The notes beneath the pieces are model-generated. The model saw only the letters and a program-made list of their open reading frames with translations. It searched no databases and was not told the DNA's origin. Of a stretch of 34,856 nucleotides of DNA, positions 1 to 6,885 are shown in pieces; the first letter of the stretch is position 1; every line of letters starts with the position of its first letter. Origin of the DNA: a virus; IMG/VR virus record IMGVR_UViG_3300038528_000023; one strand, 5' to 3'. Made by a program: the position numbers and the translations under genes.

Positions 1-891
1 CTTATGAGCTGGCTGGGCGTAGACATGCCAGCCAACCTTACCGGCGCCGGCGGCAAGATGATCGCTGGCCTGGTGTCGGGAATCCGCAACGCGGCCAGCG
101 CTGTGGCTGGCGTCCTGTCCGGACTCTGGGGAAACATTAAAGGCGCGTTTAGCGACGGCATAGCCGGTGTCGGCAAGCTGATCCTCAACTGGTCGCCGCT
201 GGGGCTTTTCTACAAAGCTTTCAAAGGCGTACTGGGCTGGTTCGGTGTAGACCTGCCCGAGAGCTTCACCGGCTTCGGAAAGCAGATTCTGGACGGACTG
301 GTGGGCGGCATCATGGGCGGCCTGAACAAGGTAAAAGAAACCATCACCGGCGCCGGCGGCAAGATGATCGCTGGCCTGGTGTCGGGAATCCGCAACGCGG
401 CCAGCGCTGTGGCTGGCGTCCTGTCCGGACTCTTGGGAAACATTAAAGGCGCGTTCGGTGATGGCCTGGGCGGCATTGCCAAGCTCCTGGTGAACTGGTC
501 GCCGATAGGCCTGCTCTACAAAGGCTTCTCCGCCCTTATGAGCTGGCTGGGCGTAGACATGCCAGCCAACCTTACCGGCGCCGGCGGCAAGATGATCGCT
601 GGCCTGGTGTCGGGAATCCGCAACGCGGCCAGCGCTGTGGCTGGCGTCCTGTCCGGACTCTGGGGAAACATTAAAGGCGCGTTTAGCGACGGCATAGCCG
701 GTGTCGGCAAGCTGATCCTCAACTGGTCGCCGCTGGGGCTTTTCTACAAAGCTTTCAAAGGCGTACTGGGCTGGTTCGGTGTAGACCTGCCCGAGAGCTT
801 CACCGGCTTCGGAAAGCAGATTCTGGACGGACTGGTGGGCGGCATCATGGGCGGCCTGAACAAGGTAAAAGAAACCATCACCGGCGCCGGC
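1..891 (+). repeat. In-frame tandem duplication inside the tape measure gene, period 534 bp (178 codons), with a nested ~110-bp sub-repeat
   Basis: Nt 1-357 are identical to 535-891. The sub-repeat ACCGGCGCCGGCGGCAAGATGATCGC... occurs at about 40-149, 346-455 and 574-683, with one mismatch in the middle copy. Confidence 0.9.
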
Positions 892-1311
892 CAGAAAGCC
901 ATCGGCTGGTTCAAGGGCGTGCTGGGCATCAAGTCACCATCACGTGTGTTCATGGGTGCCGGGCGGGATACCCTGGAGGGCTACCGCCAGGGCCTGCAAA
1001 AACAGGAACCCAAGGCCCTGAAGCAAGTGGACAGTTTCGGCAAGCGCGTGCGCCAGGCGGGTGCGGGCATTGCCATCGGGGCAAGCGCCCTGCCGGCCGC
1101 GGCCGGTGATGTCCAGTTCGACAACCGCCCACCGGTAACCGGAGCGGCCGCCACGCAGCAGCAGCCAGCGGGCGACAGCATCACCATCAACGTTAATGCT
1201 GCCCAGGGCCAGAGCGCTCAGGAGATCGCCGCAGAGGTTCAACGCATCCTGGCAGAGCGTGACAGAGCCAAAGCCACCCGCGCCCGCAGCGCCCTGTATG
1301 ACCGGGACTAA
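1..1311 (+). CDS. T: Tail tape measure protein, C-terminal part (continues from 32805-34856 across the circular junction)
   Basis: Open from nt 1 in frame 1 (track ORF 4..1311). Gly/Ala-rich repeats (AGGKMIAGLVSGIRNAASAVAGVLSGL). Located between the E/E' genes and gpU as in P2. Confidence 0.85.
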   Translation, partial: LMSWLGVDMPANLTGAGGKMIAGLVSGIRNAASAVAGVLSGLWGNIKGAFSDGIAGVGKLILNWSPLGLFYKAFKGVLGWFGVDLPESFTGFGKQILDGLVGGIMGGLNKVKETITGAGGKMIAGLVSGIRNAASAVAGVLSGLLGNIKGAFGDGLGGIAKLLVNWSPIGLLYKGFSALMSWLGVDMPANLTGAGGKMIAGLVSGIRNAASAVAGVLSGLWGNIKGAFSDGIAGVGKLILNWSPLGLFYKAFKGVLGWFGVDLPESFTGFGKQILDGLVGGIMGGLNKVKETITGAGQKAIGWFKGVLGIKSPSRVFMGAGRDTLEGYRQGLQKQEPKALKQVDSFGKRVRQAGAGIAIGASALPAAAGDVQFDNRPPVTGAAATQQQPAGDSITINVNAAQGQSAQEIAAEVQRILAERDRAKATRARSALYDRD

Positions 1312-1327
1312 CTGAGAGAGCTAAGCC

Positions 1328-1807
1328 ATGATGATGACCCTGGGCATGTTCGTGTTCGAGGTAAAATCCCTGCCTTACCAGCAGCTGCAGCGCGCCAGCC
1401 AGTGGCGACACGCCAGCCAGTCCCGCGTAGGCCAGCGGCCGGGTTACCAGTACCTGGGGCCGGGGGAAGACACCATCAGCCTGTCGGGCACACTGTACCC
1501 GGAGCTCACCGGCGGCCGAGTTACGCTGGACGACGTCCGCATTATGGCGGATGAAGGCAAAGCATGGCCGCTGATTGAAGGCTCTGGCCGGGTGTACGGC
1601 TTCTGGGCCATCACCGGTGTGAGCGAAACCAGCTCCGTGTTCTTTGCCGACGGCGTACCCCGCAAGATTGACTTCAGCATAGACCTGGTACGGGTAGACG
1701 AAGACAACTTCCAGGCCTTCCGGGATCAAGCCGGTACCAGCCGCGATGCCGGCATCGGCCTTGGCCTGTACGCACCGCGCCGCAGCGGCGGCGGGATGAT
1801 CGCCTGA
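1328..1807 (+). CDS. U: Tail protein U (P2 gpU family)
   Basis: The translation MMMTLGMFVFEVKSLPYQQLQR...GRVYGFWAITGVSETSSVFFADGVPRKIDFSIDL fits the gpU pattern. Its position is T-U-D. Confidence 0.85.
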   Translation: MMMTLGMFVFEVKSLPYQQLQRASQWRHASQSRVGQRPGYQYLGPGEDTISLSGTLYPELTGGRVTLDDVRIMADEGKAWPLIEGSGRVYGFWAITGVSETSSVFFADGVPRKIDFSIDLVRVDEDNFQAFRDQAGTSRDAGIGLGLYAPRRSGGGMIA

Positions 1808-2793
1808 TGCAGCACCGAGCCCCCTCTTACCGCCTGGTGGTGAACGGCACCAACATAACCCCCACCGTGAACGGCCGCCTGATCGACATGACGCTGGATG
1901 AAACGCCAGGAGACGAGGCGGACACCCTGACGATAGCCATCAGCGACCACGACCACCTGGTGGATATCCCGCCGAAGGGCGCGGAAATAGAAATGGCCAT
2001 GGGCTGGAAGGGCCAGACGCTGACCGAAAAAGGCGTGTTCATCGTGGACGAGGCCAGCTTCACAGGCCCGCCAAACCAGATAAGCATTACCGCCCGCAGC
2101 GCCGATATGCGCAACGATCTGCCAACCCGTAAAACCCGCTCGTGGCACGATCTTTCTCTGGGGGATATCGTCAGCGAGATCGCTGCCAGCAGCAGCCTGG
2201 AGCCAGTAATTTCACAGCGCCTGAGCGCCATCAGCATCGAGCACCTGGACCAGACCGACGAATCCGACCTCAACCTGTTAAGCCGCCTGGCAGAGAGGCA
2301 CGACGCCATCAGTGCCGTAAAGGCCGGGCGGCTGCTGTTCAGCCCCAGGGGAGAGGCCCGCACAGCCAGTGGCAATGCCCTGCCCAAGATATCGGTAACC
2401 CCACAATCAGGTGATCAGTACAGCTACCGGGAGATAGACCGCGACAATTACACCGGCGTGGTGGCCTTCTGGGACAACCTGGAAGAAGGCCGGCAGGTGC
2501 AGGCCATGGCCGGTACCGACGAGCGCGTAAAGCGCCTACGCAGCACCTACCCCAACGAAGACGAAGCCCTGGCCGCCGCCAACGCGGAACTGCAGCGGCT
2601 GGCGCGGGGTGAAGCCGAATTCAGCCTAACCCTGGCCGTTGGCCGCCCCGACGTGGGCCCGGAATGGCGCATGAGCGTGAACGGCCTGAAGCCCCAGATC
2701 AACGGGCGTCAATGGGTTATAACCCGCGCCAGCCATAGCCTCAGCGACAGCGGCCTTATCACTTCCATCAACGCAGAAACCCTAACCCAATAG
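1807..2793 (+). CDS. D: Tail protein D (P2 gpD / late control D family)
   Basis: 328 aa starting MQHRAPSYRLVVNGTNITPTVNGRLIDMTLDE, typical of gpD. The ATG overlaps the gpU stop (ATGA-type coupling). Confidence 0.85.
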   Translation: MQHRAPSYRLVVNGTNITPTVNGRLIDMTLDETPGDEADTLTIAISDHDHLVDIPPKGAEIEMAMGWKGQTLTEKGVFIVDEASFTGPPNQISITARSADMRNDLPTRKTRSWHDLSLGDIVSEIAASSSLEPVISQRLSAISIEHLDQTDESDLNLLSRLAERHDAISAVKAGRLLFSPRGEARTASGNALPKISVTPQSGDQYSYREIDRDNYTGVVAFWDNLEEGRQVQAMAGTDERVKRLRSTYPNEDEALAAANAELQRLARGEAEFSLTLAVGRPDVGPEWRMSVNGLKPQINGRQWVITRASHSLSDSGLITSINAETLTQ

Positions 2794-2802
2794 GAGTACC
2801 CC

Positions 2803-3408
2803 ATGTTTTACGTCTGGTTCTGGCTGTTACTGATCGACCTGCCCCTGGCCATCCTCCGCGTGCTGGTGGCCATAATTGGCCCGGCAGTGGTGCTGGTCGC
2901 CCTACCGTTCGCAAGGCCAAAGAGTCACCGCGGCAACCCAGAGTTTACCGGCTGGGAAATGTTGCACCTGCCCCGGTTTTTTGCGCCCTGGGATAACCCG
3001 GACTACGGCACCCTGGGCAACCGTGCCTACGGCACCAGCAAAGCCTACAACCCGTTCTTCTACAAAAACCCCACCGGCTTCTGGAGCCAGTGGTACTGGC
3101 TGGCCATCCGCAACCCGGTCAACGGTCTGAGCAGGATGGCACTGTTCAGTTGTGTGCAAGGCGCTTGCGATTACGTGAGGCACGAAGGGAGACTGGTTGT
3201 CGACAACGGAAAGTACGGGCGCCAGGTCGTCTGGGCAAAGGATGGCTGGCGCCTATTCACCGGCTTCTATGCCATGGTGCCGTACTGCCCCTGGTTTGAT
3301 TTTGAATGCAGGATAGGTTTTAAGCTGTTGCCAGACGATCCGGAGCGGGAGCGGCCCGTGGGGATGACGTTCATCATCAACCCGTTCAAGCGAGCCGCGC
3401 GGCGGTAG
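2803..3408 (+). CDS. Membrane-anchored protein of unknown function (cargo gene after D)
   Basis: AGGAG Shine-Dalgarno just upstream. The N-terminal ~35 aa are strongly hydrophobic (FYVWFWLLLIDLPLAILRVLVAIIGPAVVLVALPF), followed by a Trp/Tyr/Pro-rich domain (WYWLAIRNPVNGL). I do not recognise the family. Confidence 0.6.
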   Translation: MFYVWFWLLLIDLPLAILRVLVAIIGPAVVLVALPFARPKSHRGNPEFTGWEMLHLPRFFAPWDNPDYGTLGNRAYGTSKAYNPFFYKNPTGFWSQWYWLAIRNPVNGLSRMALFSCVQGACDYVRHEGRLVVDNGKYGRQVVWAKDGWRLFTGFYAMVPYCPWFDFECRIGFKLLPDDPERERPVGMTFIINPFKRAARR

Positions 3409-3414
3409 CGGATA

Positions 3415-3876
3415 CTAGTCTTCCCAAGGCTCCGGCAGCTCGCCTGTATCCAGCATTGTTTTCAGGCCCGGTTCATCGATGATCAGGCAGCCCCTTTCCC
3501 GGGCCCTGGCAACTTTGGCCGGGCCAGCATTCGGGCCACAGCACAGAAACGCCAGCCCTTTTGTAACATCCTTTTTTACCGCCATCTCACGGCCGATCAC
3601 CATATCTTCCAGCACGCTTCGTTGAACCCTGGGGAAACCCGTAAAGCAGATTTCCGGGCGGGTATCCACCCTGGGCGGTGGCGGTACGTACGGCTGGGTA
3701 AGGCTCGCCGCGCCTTCTTCCAGGTATTGATCGACCCGGTCTTTACGGAAGGTCCGGAACTGCTCATCAACGGTGCACACGCCCTGAATATATCGCCCTG
3801 TTTCCTTCCAGTGCCCCACGGTCCAGTCCGTGGTATGGCCCCGAGAATCGGTGTAGGTGAAAGAAAGCGACTCCAT
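3415..3876 (-). CDS. WYL-like N-terminal domain fused to a C-terminal BRCT domain
   Basis: AGGAGG Shine-Dalgarno 4-5 nt upstream. The N-terminus SFTYTDSRGHTTDWTVGHWKETGRYIQGVCTVDEQFRTFRKDRV resembles the WYL/Sm-like pattern (..R.FR.DRI). The C-terminus ICFTGFPRVQRSVLEDMV...VTKGLAFLCCGPNAGPAKVARARERGCLIIDE follows the LigA-type BRCT pattern. Confidence 0.6.
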   Translation of the reverse strand: MESLSFTYTDSRGHTTDWTVGHWKETGRYIQGVCTVDEQFRTFRKDRVDQYLEEGAASLTQPYVPPPPRVDTRPEICFTGFPRVQRSVLEDMVIGREMAVKKDVTKGLAFLCCGPNAGPAKVARARERGCLIIDEPGLKTMLDTGELPEPWED

Positions 3877-3912
3877 ACTGCCTCCTGTTTTGCTGCCTTA
3901 ATGAAAGAACCA

Positions 3913-4587
3913 CTAAAAAACGCGGCCAGATCGCCAGTAGCACTGCCCAACTATCTCAACCTGAGACATGTTTTCCGGGTGGATCACCTCCGGCTGGTAA
4001 ATCGGGTTATCGCTGGAAAGCCGGATCGACCCATCCGTCATCTTCTGAAGCCGTTTTATCCGCAAGCTGTCACCAATGCGAATGACAAATACACCATCTG
4101 GTTTCTTCCTTGAGCGATCGATAAGAACAGTGTCGCCATCGGCTAGCGTGCCATCCATCGAATCGCCGGAAACGCGGATTGCGACCAGGTCCTTTTGGTG
4201 CAGGCCCTCCCGCGTCAGCCAGTCGTTGCGGAACTTCAAATAGCTCGATATCTGTTCCTGGTTAAAGAACGAGCCGTTTCCGGCGCTGGCTTCTACGTCA
4301 TATAGAGGAACTTCAGTGTAATCCCGATCAGTGCCAGGGCCGGTGTGCCCGGGTACCGGCTCTCCATCACCGATACCTAAGAGTAGCCAGTCGAGGCTTA
4401 CGCCTTTCTCGAACCTAAGCTTTACACATTGGTCTAGCGGAATTGTCCCCCTGGCCTTCCAGTTGTATATGAGCTGAGGATTGACACCGAAATAAGCCGC
4501 GATGTCCTTATCTTTCTCTATGCCCAAAACATCTTTCATTCTGGTTAGAATTTCCAACCCATTATGTTTTTCATCAAACATTTTCAT
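3913..4587 (-). CDS. cI: CI-type immunity repressor, N-terminal HTH plus C-terminal S24 (LexA-like) autopeptidase
   Basis: HTH segment IAAYFGVNPQLIYNWKARGTIP. The S24 catalytic motifs are VSGDSMDGTL (Ser) and RIKRL (Lys). It is divergent from the early operon. Confidence 0.85.
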   Translation of the reverse strand: MKMFDEKHNGLEILTRMKDVLGIEKDKDIAAYFGVNPQLIYNWKARGTIPLDQCVKLRFEKGVSLDWLLLGIGDGEPVPGHTGPGTDRDYTEVPLYDVEASAGNGSFFNQEQISSYLKFRNDWLTREGLHQKDLVAIRVSGDSMDGTLADGDTVLIDRSRKKPDGVFVIRIGDSLRIKRLQKMTDGSIRLSSDNPIYQPEVIHPENMSQVEIVGQCYWRSGRVF

Positions 4588-4617
4588 TTCCGATAGAAAT
4601 TTAAAATCGCTTATTTG

Positions 4618-4647
4618 TTTACTAATAACCGTTTATGCGTCTATCAT
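4618..4647 (+). promoter_or_regulatory. Candidate rightward early promoter (-35 TTTACT, 18-nt spacer, -10 TATCAT)
   Basis: The hexamers were read in the 94-bp cI/early intergenic region. The predicted transcription start falls inside the palindrome at 4648-4672. Confidence 0.35.
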
Positions 4648-4672
4648 TCTGTGTAATTTAGCGTTACACAGA
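4648..4672. promoter_or_regulatory. Palindromic operator TCTGTGTAA-N7-TTACACAGA at the immunity switch
   Basis: Perfect 9-bp inverted repeat with a 7-bp spacer, lying between the -10 candidate and the first early gene. Confidence 0.55.
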
Positions 4673-4681
4673 GAATACACG

Positions 4682-4885
4682 ATGAACGGTACAAATAAAC
4701 CCAACTGCAGCCACCGCGCGCCTACTGGAGTGCTCACTGCAAAGCCCATAGCCCTGCGACTTCTTCGCGAGGAACGATCTGCGCTGGAGCAAGCCTCCGT
4801 TGCCGAAGGCCGTTCCATGGCATCCCAGGCCCGCATCTTCTTTCTGCGTGGCCTCAACGAATACCAGCGCAAACCGTCTGCCTGA
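4682..4885 (+). CDS. Small ribbon-helix-helix-like regulator in the Cro/Cox position
   Basis: 67 aa. The segment KPIALRLLREERSALEQASVAEGRSMASQARIFFLRGL fits a beta-strand/helix/helix RHH layout. It is the first gene of the rightward operon. Confidence 0.55.
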   Translation: MNGTNKPNCSHRAPTGVLTAKPIALRLLREERSALEQASVAEGRSMASQARIFFLRGLNEYQRKPSA

Positions 4886-4908
4886 CGCACTACTGAAGGA
4901 GGTGCTCG

Positions 4909-5130
4909 ATGTACCAGGACACAAAACGAATCAGGAAGAGCCGCGTCAGCCTCAACCTGGACGACTACGAAGCGGCCGTTATCAACGCCCTGGTGGATTA
5001 CACCGGGACAGATCGCGGCAGCCTGCTGCGTCAGATGCTGATTGCTCAGGCTGAAGCAGCTCTGTTGCCGACGACATCCAGCATGCCCGGCTCCGCCCCT
5101 CATTCCGAGGCGCACATTCGCAGCATTTGA
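4909..5130 (+). CDS. RHH (CopG/Arc-like) small DNA-binding protein
   Basis: Strong GAAGGAGG Shine-Dalgarno. The RHH-like segment is RVSLNLDDYEAAVINALVDYTGTDRGSLLRQMLIAQA. Confidence 0.55.
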   Translation: MYQDTKRIRKSRVSLNLDDYEAAVINALVDYTGTDRGSLLRQMLIAQAEAALLPTTSSMPGSAPHSEAHIRSI

Positions 5131-5142
5131 GGTCCTGAAAAG

Positions 5143-5331
5143 ATGCCGGAAATTACCCTGGAACTGACCGAGCAACAGGCAACGCTTCTGGAAGCCATTC
5201 GCCTGCAGCAAGGGCTGCAGACTCAGAGCCAGGCGGCTGAGTGGCTGGTAAAACAGCGCCTGCGCGGTGCCAGCATGCGACTGACCGGACGTAACCGCGC
5301 CCTACACGCCGTTGGCGGGGTCAAAAAGTGA
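5143..5331 (+). CDS. RHH-like small protein
   Basis: 62 aa. EITLELTEQQATLLEAIRLQQGLQTQSQAAEWLVKQRL has the same strand-helix-helix layout. Confidence 0.45.
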   Translation: MPEITLELTEQQATLLEAIRLQQGLQTQSQAAEWLVKQRLRGASMRLTGRNRALHAVGGVKK

Positions 5332-5342
5332 AGAGGAAACCC

Positions 5343-5669
5343 ATGGCTAGTTACGAATTTGCTCAGTACGTACCACCCAGAACGGTACGGGAATACAAGT
5401 TCTCCGTCCGTCTGAGCGAGGAAGATCACATCCGGCTGCTTTGGTGGGCCCGCAACTGCGGCACCGACGCTACCCGGCGTCGCGCAGAAGCCGTCCGGCA
5501 TTCCATCCAGCAGTTCCTGGAAGCCGCCGGCGTACCCTCCGCCGAGGAAATCGCCAGGGCCAGCCACAACCGCGGGCCGCGCCGGCGCGCGATTGACCGC
5601 TTTCTGGACCAGGCGGGCATCCCGGATGCGGAGGAGTTACACCGCCAATACGGCCACCACTCTCTCTGA
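5343..5669 (+). CDS. RHH-like small protein with an internal FL(E/D)xAG(V/I)PxAEE(I/L) duplication
   Basis: The ATG at 5343 follows a GAGGA Shine-Dalgarno, whereas the track ORF starts at GTG 5328. The RHH-like segment is KFSVRLSEEDHIRLLWWARNCGTDATRRRAEAVRHSIQQFL. Confidence 0.5.
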   Translation: MASYEFAQYVPPRTVREYKFSVRLSEEDHIRLLWWARNCGTDATRRRAEAVRHSIQQFLEAAGVPSAEEIARASHNRGPRRRAIDRFLDQAGIPDAEELHRQYGHHSL

Positions 5670-5679
5670 ACTATTAACC

Positions 5680-5708
5680 GCCAGGGCTAATGCTCTGGCT
5701 CTTTAGAG
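5680..5708 (+). terminator. Candidate intrinsic terminator after the RHH gene cluster
   Basis: Hairpin GCCAGGGC-TAAT-GCTCTGGC (8 bp including one G-U pair) followed by a TCTTTAGAGCTTCTTT tail, 11 nt after the stop at 5669. Confidence 0.45.
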
Positions 5709-5718
5709 CTTCTTTAGG

Positions 5719-5736
5719 GATTCCCCGGAGATTCCC
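5719..5736 (+). promoter_or_regulatory. Direct repeat GATTCCC x2 with 11-bp period upstream of the middle operon
   Basis: GATTCCC occurs at 5719-5725 and 5730-5736, between the terminator candidate and the ATG at 5757. Confidence 0.25.
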
Positions 5737-5756
5737 GAGCCGAAAACGAGGGCTTC

Positions 5757-5954
5757 ATGCACCAGCAGTCTGAAACCGAAACGGAGCTGATGGATTGGTT
5801 CGACAAACAGAGAACGGACACGAAGTTGCGCATCAGCGCCTACGTGATAAATACCGGAAAGCCGATGGCCGAAATACTCCGGTTTCTGAAAACCCTCGAG
5901 GAGCGGGACAGCCGCGACCATCTGGTTCATCCGGGCGGCAAACAATGGCACTAA
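5757..5954 (+). CDS. Hypothetical protein
   Basis: 65 aa with a GAGGG Shine-Dalgarno upstream. This frame has higher third-position GC than the overlapping 5795 frame. Its stop overlaps the ATG at 5945. Confidence 0.5.
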   Translation: MHQQSETETELMDWFDKQRTDTKLRISAYVINTGKPMAEILRFLKTLEERDSRDHLVHPGGKQWH

Positions 5955-6535
5955 GGGGCGCAGCAATCACCATGGCGAGCGACAACGCACAGCAAGCGGA
6001 AAACCCGGCAACCATGAGCCGGCTGACTCGGAACTTCCTGCACTTGAACTGCCCATCCTGCGGGGAGGCTTGTTCCATTCAGTCCAGCCGCAGCATACAG
6101 GAGCGCGGATCGGACGCTCTGGTGCAGTGCAGGAACCTTGAGTGCGGCTACCGGGGGTCCGTTCAGGTCTCCTACGGCCCGGTGCTGGAAGCCAGGCGCC
6201 CGACAATGCCGGAGGAAGGCCACCAGAAACTTCAGCCCGGCATTCGAAACAGCTTTCTTAGAATTTTCTGCCCGCACTGCCAGGGCGTGTGCCGTGTTCG
6301 CACCAGCGTGCAGATGATCCGGGCCCAGCGTCAGCTCTACGTGTTCTGCCAGGACGCAGACCATTGCGGGTACCGGGGCGTGGTGTTCATTACTCACACC
6401 GACCGCCTGTCACTGGACCCGGACGGCGGCCTGCGAGAGATACCGTTATCCCCGGAAGTCCGGGAGCAATGCCAGCAGGAAATGGAGCTGGCCTACGAGA
6501 AGTCCCAACCCAAGAAAAAGGAACCACAACGATGA
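5945..6535 (+). CDS. Tandem double Ogr/Delta-type zinc-finger late transcription activator
   Basis: It contains two Ogr-like modules: CPSC-X22-CRNLEC and CPHC-X22-CQDADHC. P2 Ogr is C-X2-C-X22-C-X4-C. The start is uncertain (ATG at 5945, 5972 or 6014). Confidence 0.75.
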   Translation: MALRGAAITMASDNAQQAENPATMSRLTRNFLHLNCPSCGEACSIQSSRSIQERGSDALVQCRNLECGYRGSVQVSYGPVLEARRPTMPEEGHQKLQPGIRNSFLRIFCPHCQGVCRVRTSVQMIRAQRQLYVFCQDADHCGYRGVVFITHTDRLSLDPDGGLREIPLSPEVREQCQQEMELAYEKSQPKKKEPQR

Positions 6536-6870
6536 ACGCGATCGCACAAAACATGACCGACTCCGCCTATGCCCAGCTTCTGGCTCTGCGCAATGGCCAC
6601 TACGACGCCCGCGAGTGTGTGGATATGACCATCGACAGCCTGATGGAGCAGTACCAATGCAGTCGGCGGCGGGCGGCACTGGTCACCACCAAGGCATGGG
6701 CGGATCTGGAAGCCACCGGCAAGCCGCCGGCCTACGTCGATGCCAGCCTCACTACCGGCAATACCGTGGTTATCCACGACGCCAGCGGCCGCACCAACAT
6801 CTTTTCAGTGCACGAGCTCCTGCAGCTGCGGGAGCTCGTGCACAACACCATCAATCGAATCAACGCCTGA
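6532..6870 (+). CDS. Hypothetical protein
   Basis: 112 aa with an ATGA overlap onto the upstream stop. I do not recognise the family. Confidence 0.55.
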   Translation: MNAIAQNMTDSAYAQLLALRNGHYDARECVDMTIDSLMEQYQCSRRRAALVTTKAWADLEATGKPPAYVDASLTTGNTVVIHDASGRTNIFSVHELLQLRELVHNTINRINA

Positions 6871-6885
6871 TCCGGAGCGCCCCGC

